Assembly (NCBI GenBank): GCA_964252035.1
Contig: OZ176204.1
Strand: one strand, 5' to 3'
Source: Podarcis erhardii
Taxonomy: Eukaryota
DNA: 64,000 bases
Both the position numbers and the translations under genes were made by a program. Each line of letters begins with the position of its first letter. Position 1 is the first letter of the stretch. Positions 49,794-62,283 of this stretch are shown here, piece after piece. Below the pieces are notes generated by a model. That model had not been told where the DNA came from. It searched no databases and was given only the letters and a program-made list of their open reading frames with translations.

Positions 49794-49983
49794 ACTGAAC
49801 TGAGGGATAAAAATACAACATAAACACAAGCCTTCTCCAATTATACGTTGGCAAAGTGATCCAGTTTGATGAAAAAATTAAGCATAAATCAGCATTTAGA
49901 TTTTAAAAACCCCCACTCATTTTCCAAACATGCCTTGTTCTCTTCCCTTTCCAGCTAGCTGGAATCATTGCATATTAACTCAC

Positions 49984-50102
49984 CTGCAGCTTAGCCCAGC
50001 TATAAAGATTAGGATGGCACACACATCTAATTTATTCCAGAAATCGTTGAGGTACAAGGAAGCCATTTTCACTAAGCCAAACCCATCTGGGTCATAAAAA
50101 AG
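49984..50102 (-). CDS. TRPM2: TRPM2 exon ~17 (S3)
   Basis: ccttcag|CTT...TGC AG|gtgagt; LFYDPDGFGLVKMASLYLNDFWNKLDVCAILIFIAGLSC; 119 nt. Confidence 0.95.
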
Positions 50103-50604
50103 CTGAAGGAAGAGAAATGATTTTACTAACCATAGTTTATTGGATCAAAAAAGCATTGTGCCAAGGCACTATTCCCTTCTCTTTTGCATATGAACCAGAA
50201 AATTGGGACTTGCTCTCTAATTACAAACCAGGATATCAAATGCAACTTCCCCACTGTAGTTTTCTTGGAGGTTGATTCCAAAAGCTGAGTAACATTTTCT
50301 CATTTCTCACACATAAAACAATAATCTCAAAAGGACCAGAAGACTAGGGAGGGAGGGAGGGAGGAATCTCAGGCCCACAGAACAAATATGGCCATCAAGG
50401 TTTCTATAATTGGCCACTGAGATTCTCCATGCCATGCCTCGTCCCCAGACTACATCCCTCACTGTCTCTGCCTAGCACTCTTCATGAGTGCTTTTGCATA
50501 GCTGAAATGTATTCTTGAACTGTGATGATGATACTTCTCTTGCTATCCTGGATGAAGAGAGTTGTGGTGTGTTTGTCTGTAGAAATCCCTGACTTTTGCA
50601 ATGC

Positions 50605-50672
50605 TAGACTATAATATAGTCAAATATAATATAGGCTATATAGACTATAATATAGTCAAATATAATATAGGC
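50605..50672. repeat. AT-rich tandem duplication, 32-bp unit, period 36
   Basis: tagactataatatagtcaaatataatataggc x2; each unit contains the hairpin gactat-aat-atagtc. Confidence 0.9.
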
Positions 50673-50897
50673 AAAGTGTACAAAGGTAGCATCTATTGCT
50701 CTATCCACTTTTGTCCCCAGTCATGCCCTGGCCTCACTCACTATTCAGCACTGTCTTGTGGCCACCAGAAGGTTGCCTATAAGGGTATGTGACCCTTTGG
50801 GCTGGAAAAAGTTCCCCACACATAGCCTATGGGAACAGGCACTTGAGAGCACTGTTTCTGAACTGCACTGTCACAGCCGCCTTTGCACAGCCAATAC

Positions 50898-51111
50898 CTG
50901 CCGTGTCTCCTCGCACACCAAGGAGAAGAGCCAGAAATAGATGACATACTCCCGCCAGGATGGAGTTGGCTGGAAATCTATCATCAACACATAGGCAAAG
51001 AGCCAAAGGAAGGTGAAGTAGGAAAGGATATTGAGGTGGAAGATGACGACAGGAGCTGTAAAGAAGGCTCGGAAGCGGTTCAGGCAAGTCATAGGCTGCA
51101 ACCTCTTCTCT
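50898..51111 (-). CDS. TRPM2: TRPM2 exon ~16 (S1-S2)
   Basis: ttcacag|A...CAG|gtattg; (R)EKRLQPMTCLNRFRAFFTAPVVIFHLNILSYF...FSLVCEETRQ; 214 nt. Confidence 0.95.
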
Positions 51112-51266
51112 CTGTGAAAAGAAAAAATGATATAGTTTTACATCTTTGGAGGAGATACCAGAGAATTGTTAAGAGTGGACTGGTCGTAGCTGCCACCATG
51201 CAGTACAAAAATGTGAGAACTGAATCTCCATGCCAGAGAGTGGTGCAGTCAAGCCCTGACAAGTAC

Positions 51267-51379
51267 CTGAATGTGATGAGCCCAGTGTAGAGAAGGGGGA
51301 AGAACAGCATACACATGATGACCCGACACATCCCATTATCGACACTCAGCTTGCCCCACCAAACTTTGGTTAAGAAAGC
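51267..51379 (-). CDS. TRPM2: TRPM2 exon ~15
   Basis: ttctag|GCT...TTC AG|gtactt; AFLTKVWWGKLSVDNGMCRVIMCMLFFPLLYTGLITF; 113 nt. Confidence 0.95.
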
Positions 51380-52524
51380 CTAGAAAGAGGAACACAGTGC
51401 AATGAAGGTTGAGGCCTGTTTCCCATGTCCTGGGTAAGGTCAAGAACAGAAGGCGAAAGATGGGACATACTTGGGGATCAATTTGCAGGGAGGACAGCAG
51501 GCAACATTCTCTGCTGAAAGTCTGTGGGCTTTATGCCAAAGAATAGAGGACAAATGCTAAATGGCATGACTGTGACTGTGGTAAAAAGAATGCCAGAAAT
51601 TTGTGTGGTTTGAACTTGGCAAAGGTAACAAAGGAGGGTGATAAGGCTTGTCACTTGCTCTGGCAAAATGAAAGTGGCCATCATGTGTGGATCTCAGGAC
51701 CCAGAAGGATGCACACAAGCATGAGCTGTGTTGTTAGCTGAGTCAGAATCACTGGCAGTACAAGGAATCCCACCTATTGGGAAAATTTAGACCACACAGT
51801 AACTGTATGCCTTGACTGTGCCCCCATATCACACACTGATTCCACGTCTGCAACCTAGAATGAATGGTGTTTCCACAATAGCTCCCCCCCCCTCTACAGT
51901 CAACACCATTGTTCCTGGTACATTTGGTTAGCCACTCTGAAAACAGAATGCAGGACTAGTAGGCCTTTGGTCTCATATAGTGGGGCTGTTCTTATGTTCA
52001 TTCATTCACTCATTTGTTTCTGAAAACCCAATGATATTTCTCTTATTTTTTTTTAGATATGAACTAATGTAGTCCTGGTAGTATTGCTTTATAATTTTCC
52101 ACCATTACTTGTTCTAAAAGGCCTGCTCTTTGCTGTAGAGTTTCTGCAGTATTTCTGCAGTTCAAACCCTGAGTGTTCACCCTCAATGGAGAAGCAGGAA
52201 CTACAACACAGGAATTCTTAAAGGGGCAGCCAAAGTTTCCCAGTAGCCAAATGGAACTGTACTTAAAGAAGGGTGACCTTTTCTGTCAATGGAGCATCAG
52301 CAGCAATGGCCATGCATAGTGAGGTCTGAAGTTCCTCAGGCAGTAGTAGCAACAGAGATGGTTACTTTAATTAAAGGGTGGAAATTGGCTGATGTTTCCC
52401 CAACAGTGGTCTCTCTTTTAAGTATTTCAGTTAATCCATTCTGTTGGAGCTACATATTGCACAGCTGTAAATCAGATTAACTTTACTATTTAAGCAACAA
52501 AGTTTTGTCAGTAAGCACTCCAAC

Positions 52525-52670
52525 CTGGATGCCCCCATAAGACACAAATTTCATATTTTTGGCCTCCAGGGCTAGTTGTAAGCAGGTGGTCTTCCCCCAA
52601 GCATCAGATATGCGGATCAACAGTTTTTGGGCTCTTTCTTCATCCTTCCGGTAACATTCAGTGAAGACAC
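52525..52670 (-). CDS. TRPM2: TRPM2 exon ~14
   Basis: ttctag|GT...CAG|gttgga; (G)VFTECYRKDEERAQKLLIRISDAWGKTTCLQLALEAKNMKFVSYGGIQ; 146 nt. Confidence 0.94.
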
Positions 52671-53563
52671 CTAGAAGAATAACCAGGATTAGAGATTCTT
52701 ATTCTTTCTTTTGTATTTCTCTCCCACAGGTTCTCTGAGAAGCACTTCCACCTCAAACAAGCCTGTGAGGTAGCTTAGCCTGAGGATTAGTGAGCTGCTA
52801 CGTAACAAACTTAACAGCCAAGACTGTGAAAGCCACAGGACTGGAGAGCCTGGTTTGCAATCCCTACTCAGGCATGAAGCTCTCTGGGTGACCTTGGCCA
52901 GCCACTGTGGTCCTAGAAAGCACAGGACTGAGGGGTTTTCCATCAGCCATGCCACTATCTCTGCATTTACCACTGAATGAAAGCAAACGTTAGTCCACAG
53001 AAAACCCCAACTGACATTTGCTCTGATTCAGCAGTAAAAACGGGTTTCCCTGAGGGAAAAGCGGTGGGGTGAGAGGAAGTGTGGACAAGCCCTGTGCCTC
53101 TCAGCCTTATCACAGGTGAGCATCATGTGCATTGCAGGGACATAATAATCAATAGTACCAGTATAATGACACTGCATTTCTAGTCATAGAAACAGAGACT
53201 ACAACTATGTGTGTGGCTGACCAGAGTCAAAGAGCTCAGGAAGTAGGATATGTGTTGGGGGGGGGGGGCTCTAAAAGCAACTTAGGGAACAGGCATAGTT
53301 GTAGTGTAGCTTCTTGATCCCAGTGTTCACCTGTTGTTGGGATCATTGCTTACAGAGCATTTACATACAAAACGCCCATGTTTCAGAATGAACTGAATTT
53401 ATAGGATCTGTGTAGTTGTACTGAGGGATCTAGCCTTTCATGACATAACGCTATGGTGGTCTGTAGTGTGAGCAGGGGAGACAGAGTAGGTATCACAGGA
53501 AAGCATCCAGTAAGTTGGAGGACTTAACGTGCCCTGATCAGAGGCCTACCAGCCCAGACTCAC

Positions 53564-53693
53564 CAATGGCTCGGTACTCATACTCCTCTGCCAGGCTCAG
53601 CATTTCCTCTGTGCTGTCAGTGTCATCTTCCTCCTTGGACAGCTCCTTCAGTATCTTGCTGCAAGCCAAAGCTGCTGCAGTGCAGTCCTGGCT
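53564..53693 (-). CDS. TRPM2: TRPM2 exon ~13
   Basis: cttcag|AGC...ATT G|gtgagt; SQDCTAAALACSKILKELSKEEDDTDSTEEMLSLAEEYEYRAI; 130 nt. Confidence 0.95.
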
Positions 53694-54282
53694 CTGAAGC
53701 AAAAGGACTCAGGTTAGCAAGAACATGATACTTCTGGGTCCCAGGTTGACCGTGTAACCTTCAGGAATCCTCTCTTTTGGAAGTGAGCTTGCTGCTCTTT
53801 CAGCCCTTCCCACGCCTAGTCTGTGGACGTCTTTGTCATTCCCAGCTTCTCACTGACTTCTCACTAGCAAACCTGTGACTGGCCTGGATTGCTTCAAACT
53901 CCAAGCAGATACTCACAGGAGTAACAGCATCTTTGCAAAAAAATAAAAAATCCCTGTACATTAGAAATCCAGGATAATCTTCTATGTGAAGAATATCTTT
54001 CATTTTTTTTTAATGGAAGAGCATTTTGCCGTGTGCAGCCTCAACTGGTGCAACCCAGATTCAAATTTATCACCTAAGTGAGAACTAGGCCCAAGGCATC
54101 TTCATGTTAAGGGAGTGCCAAAGGAACCCCATGTCTCACGCAAGGGGGCTGCTGCTAGCAGAGGCAGTGAAGGTTGTGAAGGCTCAGAACTGTAAGGAAG
54201 ACAACTATGAAGACATCTTACCAGGTTTTCTTGAGCTGGGTACGGTACTACATGGAGATTGTTGAAAAAAGGAAAACTTTAC

Positions 54283-54420
54283 CTGGGTCCAGATGATGTC
54301 AGCCAGTTCCTTGCGGTTTTGGACAATTGCCCAAATGAGCAAGTCCCTAATGGGATCCATTGTGAATGTGACTCGGCCAGCAGAACGCTTGTACAGGGAT
54401 CGGAGACTAACCCCTTGTAC
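54283..54420 (-). CDS. TRPM2: TRPM2 exon ~12
   Basis: ttaaag|GTA...CAG|gtaaag; VQGVSLRSLYKRSAGRVTFTMDPIRDLLIWAIVQNRKELADIIWTQ; 138 nt. Confidence 0.95.
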
Positions 54421-55653
54421 CTTTAAAAGAGGGGTGGGGGGAGAACATGATTATAAAGCTGGAATCAGATAACAATTGCTAAGTAGTGGTGTGAGTGAAA
54501 GGACTATTGTTCTTAATTTTCATGTTCATTTTCTGTCTTACTATCAAGCATACACACCATGGTCAGTGATGCCTTCTTCACACAAACGTCAATACTGGCT
54601 CGGGTGTCTTCAGCCTCAGATTAATTTCCCTCATGGAGGCTGTGTACACATAACATTAAAGCTCATTCAAAGCACATTCTTTCCCTCAAAGAATTTTGGG
54701 CATTGTAGCTTGCTCCTCAGATTTACAATTCCCAGCAACCTGTAACAAACTACAGTGCCCAGCATTGTTTGGGGGGGGGAATGTGCTTCAAAGGTCTAGT
54801 GTGTACACAGCCATAGACTCACCATTCAGCTTCTACCACCAACAGAGGACACAAGGAAGGAGGCATCTAACCCTGGTACAGTCTCTTTTTCTCCTTCAGC
54901 TTGCTTAAGTAATTCTAAGGCCATTTCATTGAGTCTAGGAAGATATAGCACATCAGGCCTTTTCCTGGTTTGAAGTTATGGAACAAAATCTTGGAACTAA
55001 ATTTAAGATGAGAGAGGCTGGGATACAGAGATCCACAATCATATTGAAAGGAAGTCAAAATCAAAGATTTGCCCCAGTGAGTGGAGAAAGGGCACTAGAC
55101 ATAGTAAGTGGAAACGGCAACAAAATGTTTCAGTGTGATGTGCAGGATTCCAGATGCACTATTCTACTCCCATTTTTGTCTCCGTACCCCCAAACATTGA
55201 GTCAGCATTCTGTGGCAGTAGGTTGACAGGGTTTCCCTCCTTACAGTTGTATTTTTTTTACTTCTGCAAACCAGAAGGTTTTTTCAAACCTGCTGATACC
55301 TCTCTATTGCAATTGGGCAGTGCTGTTTTGGTTACATAATTGATGGCACTTGCAACTTGAACATTGGAAATAGGGGGAATCACTGCATGAATGTCCTGGA
55401 TGCTAGGAAAAGAATTCTCCAGTATCAATTCTTCATTCAGCTTCTGCTGCTACAGCAAACTGACTGCAGGACACAGTATAATATTAAAATGTATACGTAT
55501 AACTAGCTTACCAAAGGGGATGTTCTCCTGGCATTGGTGCAGGGACCACTATTAGAAGTGGTGAGGGGATGTATGGACTGCCCTGTACATTCTGTACTAA
55601 AAGGGGTGCCATGAAAGGTTATAAGGGATTAGTAACATGCGGAGATACATTAC

Positions 55654-56004
55654 ATTGAGCTTGATATGGGGCACGGCGATAGAGAGCCGATGTCTCTCAG
55701 TGTTCTTCGGCTTAGGGTACAGCTGCTGAGTGAAATCTCCCAACAGCTCCCTCAGCACCTGGGACACATGGTGCATTTGGACTCTTGGCACTTTGGAGAA
55801 AGCTGAGCGCTCCTTCTCTTCCATTAACACCTTCTGTAGCTTTGTGTGGAAGACGCTGGAGTTTGCCATGTTTTCATAGAGGTAGATCAGGGTGTCCCAG
55901 GTAACAAACTCCTTCAGGCGCACACCTTGCTCAAGAAACAGTTTGACAAAATCTGGCTTGTTGGCTATGAGGGCAGCAGCCATCATTGGGTGCAGATCAG
56001 AGGG
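55654..56004 (-). CDS. TRPM2: TRPM2 exon ~11
   Basis: ccaacag|CCC...AAT|gtaatg; PSDLHPMMAAALIANKPDFVKLF...LSIAVPHIKLN; 351 nt. Confidence 0.95.
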
Positions 56005-56636
56005 CTGTTGGCCAAGAAGACAACCAGAAAGAGACAACATCAACCAAGGGTAATGCAGGTTGTCCTCCCCATGATGAGGGGGGGGGGGTGTGTGGATAGA
56101 GATATAGACAGACAGACAGACAGACAAGGACATGGACACACACACAGCTCAAAGGTAATGAGGAAGCATACAGGAGTTGCAGCAGTCTCTAGAAAGGCAG
56201 CAGCTGATAGCTATAGCAAAGTCCCTGAAGCAGATGAAGCAGGCAGTAGAAAGCTAAGAGATAGAAGCTGGCCAGCATATGTTCAAGTGTTCTATCTCCT
56301 GTTTAGTCCACATTTACACCTCAGCAAAGCACAGAAAGTAGCAGGCAAATTGAAGCAAGCAGGTCTCACTGATGCTGATGGGGCACAGCCACTTCCTCTC
56401 TAGCATGGAGTGATGGATGCATGAGAAGCCAATAGTAAGAGTCTTTCCACAGCATGCTACCCTAAGGGACAACAGGACAATAGTGGGTGAGCCATGCCCA
56501 CGGGGTCAGTCAGCAGCACACGCCACCCCCTCATGGTTACCACTGCCTCCCATTCCAAGAAGTAGATGGAAGTTGCCATGTTGGCTCTGACACAAAATAT
56601 GTATGACACAGGTATTATTAACATGCGATTTTTCAA

Positions 56637-57000
56637 GGGATGCGGGTGGTGCTGTGGTGTAAACCACTGAGCCTTGGGCTTGCCGATTGGAAGGTCAGCG
56701 GTTCGAATCCCCACGACAGGGTGAGCTCCCATTGCTCGGTCCCTGCTCCTGCCAACCTAGCAGTTCAAAAGCACATCAAAGTGCAAATAGATAAATAGGT
56801 ACCCCTCCAGCGGGAAGGTAAACAGCGTTTCCGTGCACTGCTCTGGTTTCACCAGAAGCAGCTTAGTCATACTAGCCACATGACCTGGAAAAACTGTCTG
56901 TGGACAAACGTTGGCTCCCTCAGCCAGTAAAGTGAGATGAGCACCGCAACCCCAGAGTCGTTCATGACTGGACTTAACTGTCAGGGGTCCTTTACCTTTT
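56637..57000 (+). mobile_element. Sauria SINE (Squam1-type), full length
   Basis: gggatgcgggtggtgctgtgg...ggttcgaatccc (B box)...aggggtcctttaccttt tail; flanked by gatttttca at 56627-56635 and 57007-57015 (likely TSD). Confidence 0.9.
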
Positions 57001-58312
57001 TAAAAAGATTTTTCAGTGAGGGCAGAACCCAGCTCTTTAGCATGTCACAGCAACAGGGCAGCCACTCAACCACACTGCCAGTGCAGCAACAACAGGGTTT
57101 AAATAACTTGGTTTACCTATTTGTAAAAACCCTAAAAACGTGAAAGTATTCGCTATTTGATGAAATGTCACTTGGAGCCCATGGGATAATTCCACCCTAC
57201 TCTGCTATTGCCTTCTGGTGCCAATTGATCAGGAAGAGTGTTTTCTGCACAGACAATAAAAAATGGCATTTTCCCTGCTTTTTGTGGACACCTCTAAGAA
57301 ACATGACGCAATCCCTTAAGACAGTTTACACTTCTGATAAAAGTGGGTGTCTTAAAGATTTCTCAAAGTAGCAAGCTGTAAAAGTTGAGTTTTAAAGAGT
57401 TCACATCCAAACTTAAAAACCTCTGGCAATGTAAGAGTTGTTTTGCACCTTCTGACACCATGAGTTCCCTGAATAAACTGTTCTTTGATCATCCCAAGTA
57501 TGCCTGCCGTTGCCAGACAAGCATTATGGCTATTCTGTCTCCGTATGAACAATAGCAAACAAGGAATGTGTTACATAAGACTATGCATACTGGTGCACTG
57601 ATCTATTATTCCCTTACAAAGAGTTCTCTGGGCAGCTTACAATGCAACTGAGTGAAATATACAAAGGCGAGCCAGGAATTACTGTTGAGATACAACAGGC
57701 ACCCACAACTTTGCAGAGATAACTGAATACATTTTTCTATTAACAATGCATCTAGATGAGAAGCTCTCTGCTTTAAGTGTTCATTCTGTATTGTTTTTAA
57801 ACCTAGCTTTAGTTGTTTCCATACTGTTTTAAAAACTGTTTTATATGTTTTTATGGCATGTTTGCAAATATTAGTCACTTTTTTGCCATGGCAATGCAAA
57901 GCTACTTACAAAATGACTGTAAAGAACTGGAAGAGCTGCTATTCCATTACTCTTGACCCTCTCTTCCTTATAATGTGTCTACAACACAGCACAACATCAT
58001 TGCATTGTGTCTCCTCATCCCTGCCTGCCAATTGTGTGAAGGTGGGGAGACACACCTCATGATAACATGTCACGGGTGTTACACAGTGTATTGCAGCACA
58101 TATTAGGGGGAAGGAAGAGCAAAGAGACACAGATTGGCAGCTGTGCAAGGCAGCTCTTATAACATCTGGTTTCACCCTCAAGACACCCCATGCCTTCCCA
58201 AGAGACATGCTTGCAGTCAAGCCAAGCCTAGTGCTTTTAGACCCTGCTCTAATTATGCAGGCAGAAAGCAGATATACTCATTGCCAGTGTGTGTCACCAA
58301 AAGCTTTCCTAC

Positions 58313-58434
58313 CTTCCACTCATGATCATCGGTGAAAATCTCACTCCGGGCAATATCCACCCTGTTCCATGCCACTGCAAGCTTCAGCTGGTGGTCCCAG
58401 TTTTCATGACCTAAGTGATCTCTGTATCGAGAGG
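58313..58434 (-). CDS. TRPM2: TRPM2 exon ~10
   Basis: ttgcag|CC...AAG|gtagga; (A)SRYRDHLGHENWDHQLKLAVAWNRVDIARSEIFTDDHEWK; 122 nt. Confidence 0.95.
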
Positions 58435-59781
58435 CTGCAATAGAGGAATAAACAAAAACATGGCTGAAACTAGGTTGCAAAGGGCTGACCTTTATTGGCT
58501 GTCTCTTACTCATGCACATCCAGAACTTGAAGGGGAATGAATGGCAAGAGAAACATATTGGGAGGCCTAGGTACCTTGCAACATAAAGGTATCACTAGCA
58601 TACCCTTTTGGCCCCCAACTGCTTCTTTAAATATCCTGTGGATTTAAGCACATGTAACATACCCAACATTACTGCCTAGAGCTTGGTTACTCTGAGCATT
58701 TTCCAAAGAGACTTTCTTGTTTATGTTGACATTTAATGGCTGGAGCAAAGCAAGTGTGGAGTCATTTTAATATTTCCATTATGTGGCTTGCATGTTTTTT
58801 GAGCTGGGGGTTTTTTAATTGCTGTTACCTCCTATGAGCTGTAAGGTTAACAATCAAACTCAACACATCAAATAAAATGTGTTTGTGTCAAATGACTTTG
58901 TATCTCCTAGGTATTGCTCAACATCCCACTTCATGCAATGTCACAGTTTTGGGTTATGATACCAGGTAGCATTTGTTGTACTGTACAATTACTGACTCAC
59001 ACTTCCATGAGTGAAAGGGTTAACCTGAGCTCAGGTTGCCAGTGACTGTGGCTTAGCAGGCTGTCAGCAGCCTCTGCCCCCCCCTTTCCCCCCTTAATGC
59101 TTCCTAGAACAAGCAAAGGAGGAGCCATGTAGCTTTGGCTCCCCACTCAGCTGATACTGTAAGTGAACTGAATCTCTTTAAAAGTGAGATTTTAAAACCT
59201 GCATCTTTGCAAACCCAAAGATTGCATGATTCCTTTTGTAAGGAAACAAAGTACTTTTCTTTTTAAAGTTGTTTGTTTCATCTTTGTTTTACTGCCAGGA
59301 GATGGAGATTTGTTTGCTGTAACTTCTGGGAATTTCTTAAGTAAAAAAATTCACTTATTTGCAAAGCTAAGTGTCTGTGATTTTTTTCTAGCTTAAGTAT
59401 TTTAATGGGGAACATTCTTTAAAGGTGGATGAGGTGGATGCAAACCTAACCAAATTTTAAAGTTCTTTGAGCAATCACCATTGTGCTTAACTCTGCTACT
59501 GGAGTATAGGAATCTCTCTTCCAAGCCTCTCTCTCCCAACAGTATTTTGTTCACTGCATATGGTGATCAGGTGTCCTTGCTGTGCCTCCAGTTCGATGGA
59601 AACAAATCCCTCAAGGTAAGTGAAGTCTAAATTATGACACACAAAAGTTTCTACAGTTCAGTACGGTCTTGTGCTGCATTCTGAAGCAATACCACATTCC
59701 AACACAAGGGGATGTCCTAAAAGAAACAGTTTCACTTACTGATCTCTGTAGCTCATCTGCAACACCCACTGCACTTCTCAC

Positions 59782-59884
59782 CTTTGAGCATTGCTTGAAG
59801 AATGGCTACATCGACATCCTGTTGTCCATCTTTGCCTTCCCTGAAGATGGTCAAGAGCTGCCTGTTGCGCACAATATCCTGGAT
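59782..59884 (-). CDS. TRPM2: TRPM2 exon ~9
   Basis: ttgcag|ATC...AAA G|gtgaga; IQDIVRNRQLLTIFREGKDGQQDVDVAILQAMLK; 103 nt. Confidence 0.95.
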
Positions 59885-59985
59885 CTGCAAATGTCAAAGA
59901 AAAGGTAGGACTGAAGGTCCTAGCTCATGATTGCAACTTCACCAACAAAACCCAGTAAAAGCTGCACAGAGACCATTTGCCTTAC

Positions 59986-60186
59986 CTTTTTGGTCCATTC
60001 CACAATCTTATTCTCAGTAAACTGCTCATAGCTCTCTTTGAAGAATATGCTCAGTTTTTTCTGAATGAGGGAGATGCTTATTTGGGAGATGGGCAGATTA
60101 GCCACTTGAGCAATGACATCAGCTACCCGTCCTGAGCCTTCCACAATCACACAGGGGGTGCCATTGGTAATTGCATTGTAGATGGT
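59986..60186 (-). CDS. TRPM2: TRPM2 exon ~8
   Basis: ctacag|ACC...AAG|gtaagg; TIYNAITNGTPCVIVEGSGRVADVIAQVAN...IVEWTKK; 201 nt. Confidence 0.96.
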
Positions 60187-60780
60187 CTGTAGAACAGAAT
60201 ACAGGAGCATGACTGCATTTGAGCTGCTGCTCTGTTATGGACATCACTTTGATATTGCCACTCAGTTCAGAATCAATTTATGAATTGATTGAGCTTGTAG
60301 AATGACATTTTGTAATTCTGAACTGTATCATATCACATGGCACAGATGAGAGATCATATTTCGGAATATATATGCTCCTTGTATATATCTATGGAGCATA
60401 TCTGGGATTAAGGAGTAGTATAGAGAACTTCTTATGTGAAGGAAAGTTTAAAAACACGATTCTCCCATCTGCTGTCTTAAGTGATGTAGTTCAGAATTCC
60501 ACCTTGCTCTGCCACTTCATTCTGCTGATCAGCATGTTGAGCAGGTTTCAACAGTTTTAGAGTGATTCTCATTGTTTACGGCTAAGGCATACTCTCATAT
60601 CTTCTGCTATGCAGAATCTCTTTGCTATGTGTGAGTTAAAAGGGCTTGAAATGTACAAGTCAGAACTCTCTGTGCCCACACAGCCAGTCCCTGCTCTGTA
60701 GTTACAACTAGATGTGTTTCTGCAATGTCACACAGACACCACAAAAGTGGTAACCATGTGATTGAGGAAAAACAAAATAA

Positions 60781-60867
60781 AAAAATTCCTTCCAGTAGCA
60801 CCTTAAAGACCAACTAAGTTAGTTCTTGGTATGAGCTTTCGTGTGCATGCACACTTCTTCAGATACC
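60781..60867. mobile_element. Penelope-like element terminal remnant
   Basis: ccttccagtagcaccttaaagaccaactaag...ggtatgagctttcgtgtgcatgcacacttcttcagatac resembles the terminal repeat of squamate Penelope-like elements (recognised from memory, not searched). Confidence 0.6.
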
Positions 60868-60989
60868 AATGTGATTGAGGCACACTGTGCTCTGAGAGAG
60901 AAATATCCAGGGGTTAACAATTACTGAATTCTCCTACAATCTGCTTCTTTTCCCATAATTAGTTGCCCTGATGCCTGTAGAGTACTTAC

Positions 60990-61051
60990 ATCAAGAGTCC
61001 CAGGGCCACCCTCCAGTACTACACAAACGATTGGTATTTTAATGGCAACTC
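60990..61051 (-). CDS. TRPM2: TRPM2 exon ~7
   Basis: ccttacag|GA...GAT|gtaagt; (G)VAIKIPIVCVVLEGGPGTLD; 62 nt. Confidence 0.94.
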
Positions 61052-62283
61052 CTGTAAGGAAATAAAGGCTCAGTCAGTCCCATGTGCCGAAAAGCTAGTC
61101 GTTCTTTCCCTTCTTGCTGATGCCCATTGGCAGTTACCTTTGAATCCAGTTAAAATGAACAATATTTATCTCAAATAACATTAAGAGCAATCAATTAATA
61201 GCAGCTACATAATTAACATTTCTAACGATGATGAACAAACGCAACCACCATCACACAAATAAGCCAGCGTTAAGCCACAATTGGTTACTTACTCACTATG
61301 GTATCAGTTGTTTGTTGCTTGCAGTCAGTCCATTTGCTTATTTCGTTTAAATGATTTTTAGGGGAAAGTATCAGAGCAACATACAATAGGAGTGATAAAA
61401 GGCAAATATTCAATCAAATAAAAAGTAATAACAGGATACAGCAACAGCAGAAAACGTGTGCAAAAACATATTTGTAGTTTTTTGTTATGAAAACCTCCAC
61501 CTCCTCTTATACTTTGCAGCTCATTTTATTGCTCATATAGAAAATAAAACCATGTCAAACTGTAAAGTCAGATTCTGGTTGGGATTCACCCCATAACATG
61601 ACTGCCGCAAACCACAACTTTGCCTACTACCCTTCCAAGGCAACACCCTTAGCATTTTTCCATTTCTGCAACAAGCATAAAGTCATTCTTTGGAGGGGTT
61701 TTTTCCTAAAATCGGGCAGTATATAAATTTTAATAATATAAATAAATACAAGATTTGAATAGATAACATAATTTGGCTCACTTAACAACTTGCTCCCTGG
61801 AGGGCAGTTTATCATAACTGCCAGTATGTACCCTTATGCCAGCAGCTTCTCCAGTGCAAAGCCATTGTCTCATCCTGTTACTTTAGCTAATCAGACTTTG
61901 ACATAAAACCATCTGAGTAGGAATTCCATTTGGGTTTTCATGGATATCAGCTGAGGTAGACCTGAGAGGAATACATTGCCACAGGGAATCCCATTGTTTT
62001 ACTCAAGTTCTTCATGGAGGTCATTTTCTCGTTGATTATTGAGACCTGAGAATCCCTTAGAATTGATATATCTCAATAACACATGTATTTTTTAGACCAG
62101 GTCGTTATAACTCCTCAATTTCTGGTGACTATTCATTTTCTTCCACCTTCCTTAGGTCTCTCCATAACTTCTTTTCTTCAGGTCCAACTGTCACCAACTT
62201 CTTTTTCCCACTTGCCCTTTCCCATCATTCTGTGCCCCTCCCTTCACTTGCCCTGCATTCCACCATGTCACAAGACTAGCCAT

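Noticed and set aside
55846-56403. 185-aa + strand ORF
   Set aside because: Antisense to TRPM2 exon ~11 and runs through a GACA microsatellite; no domain signature.
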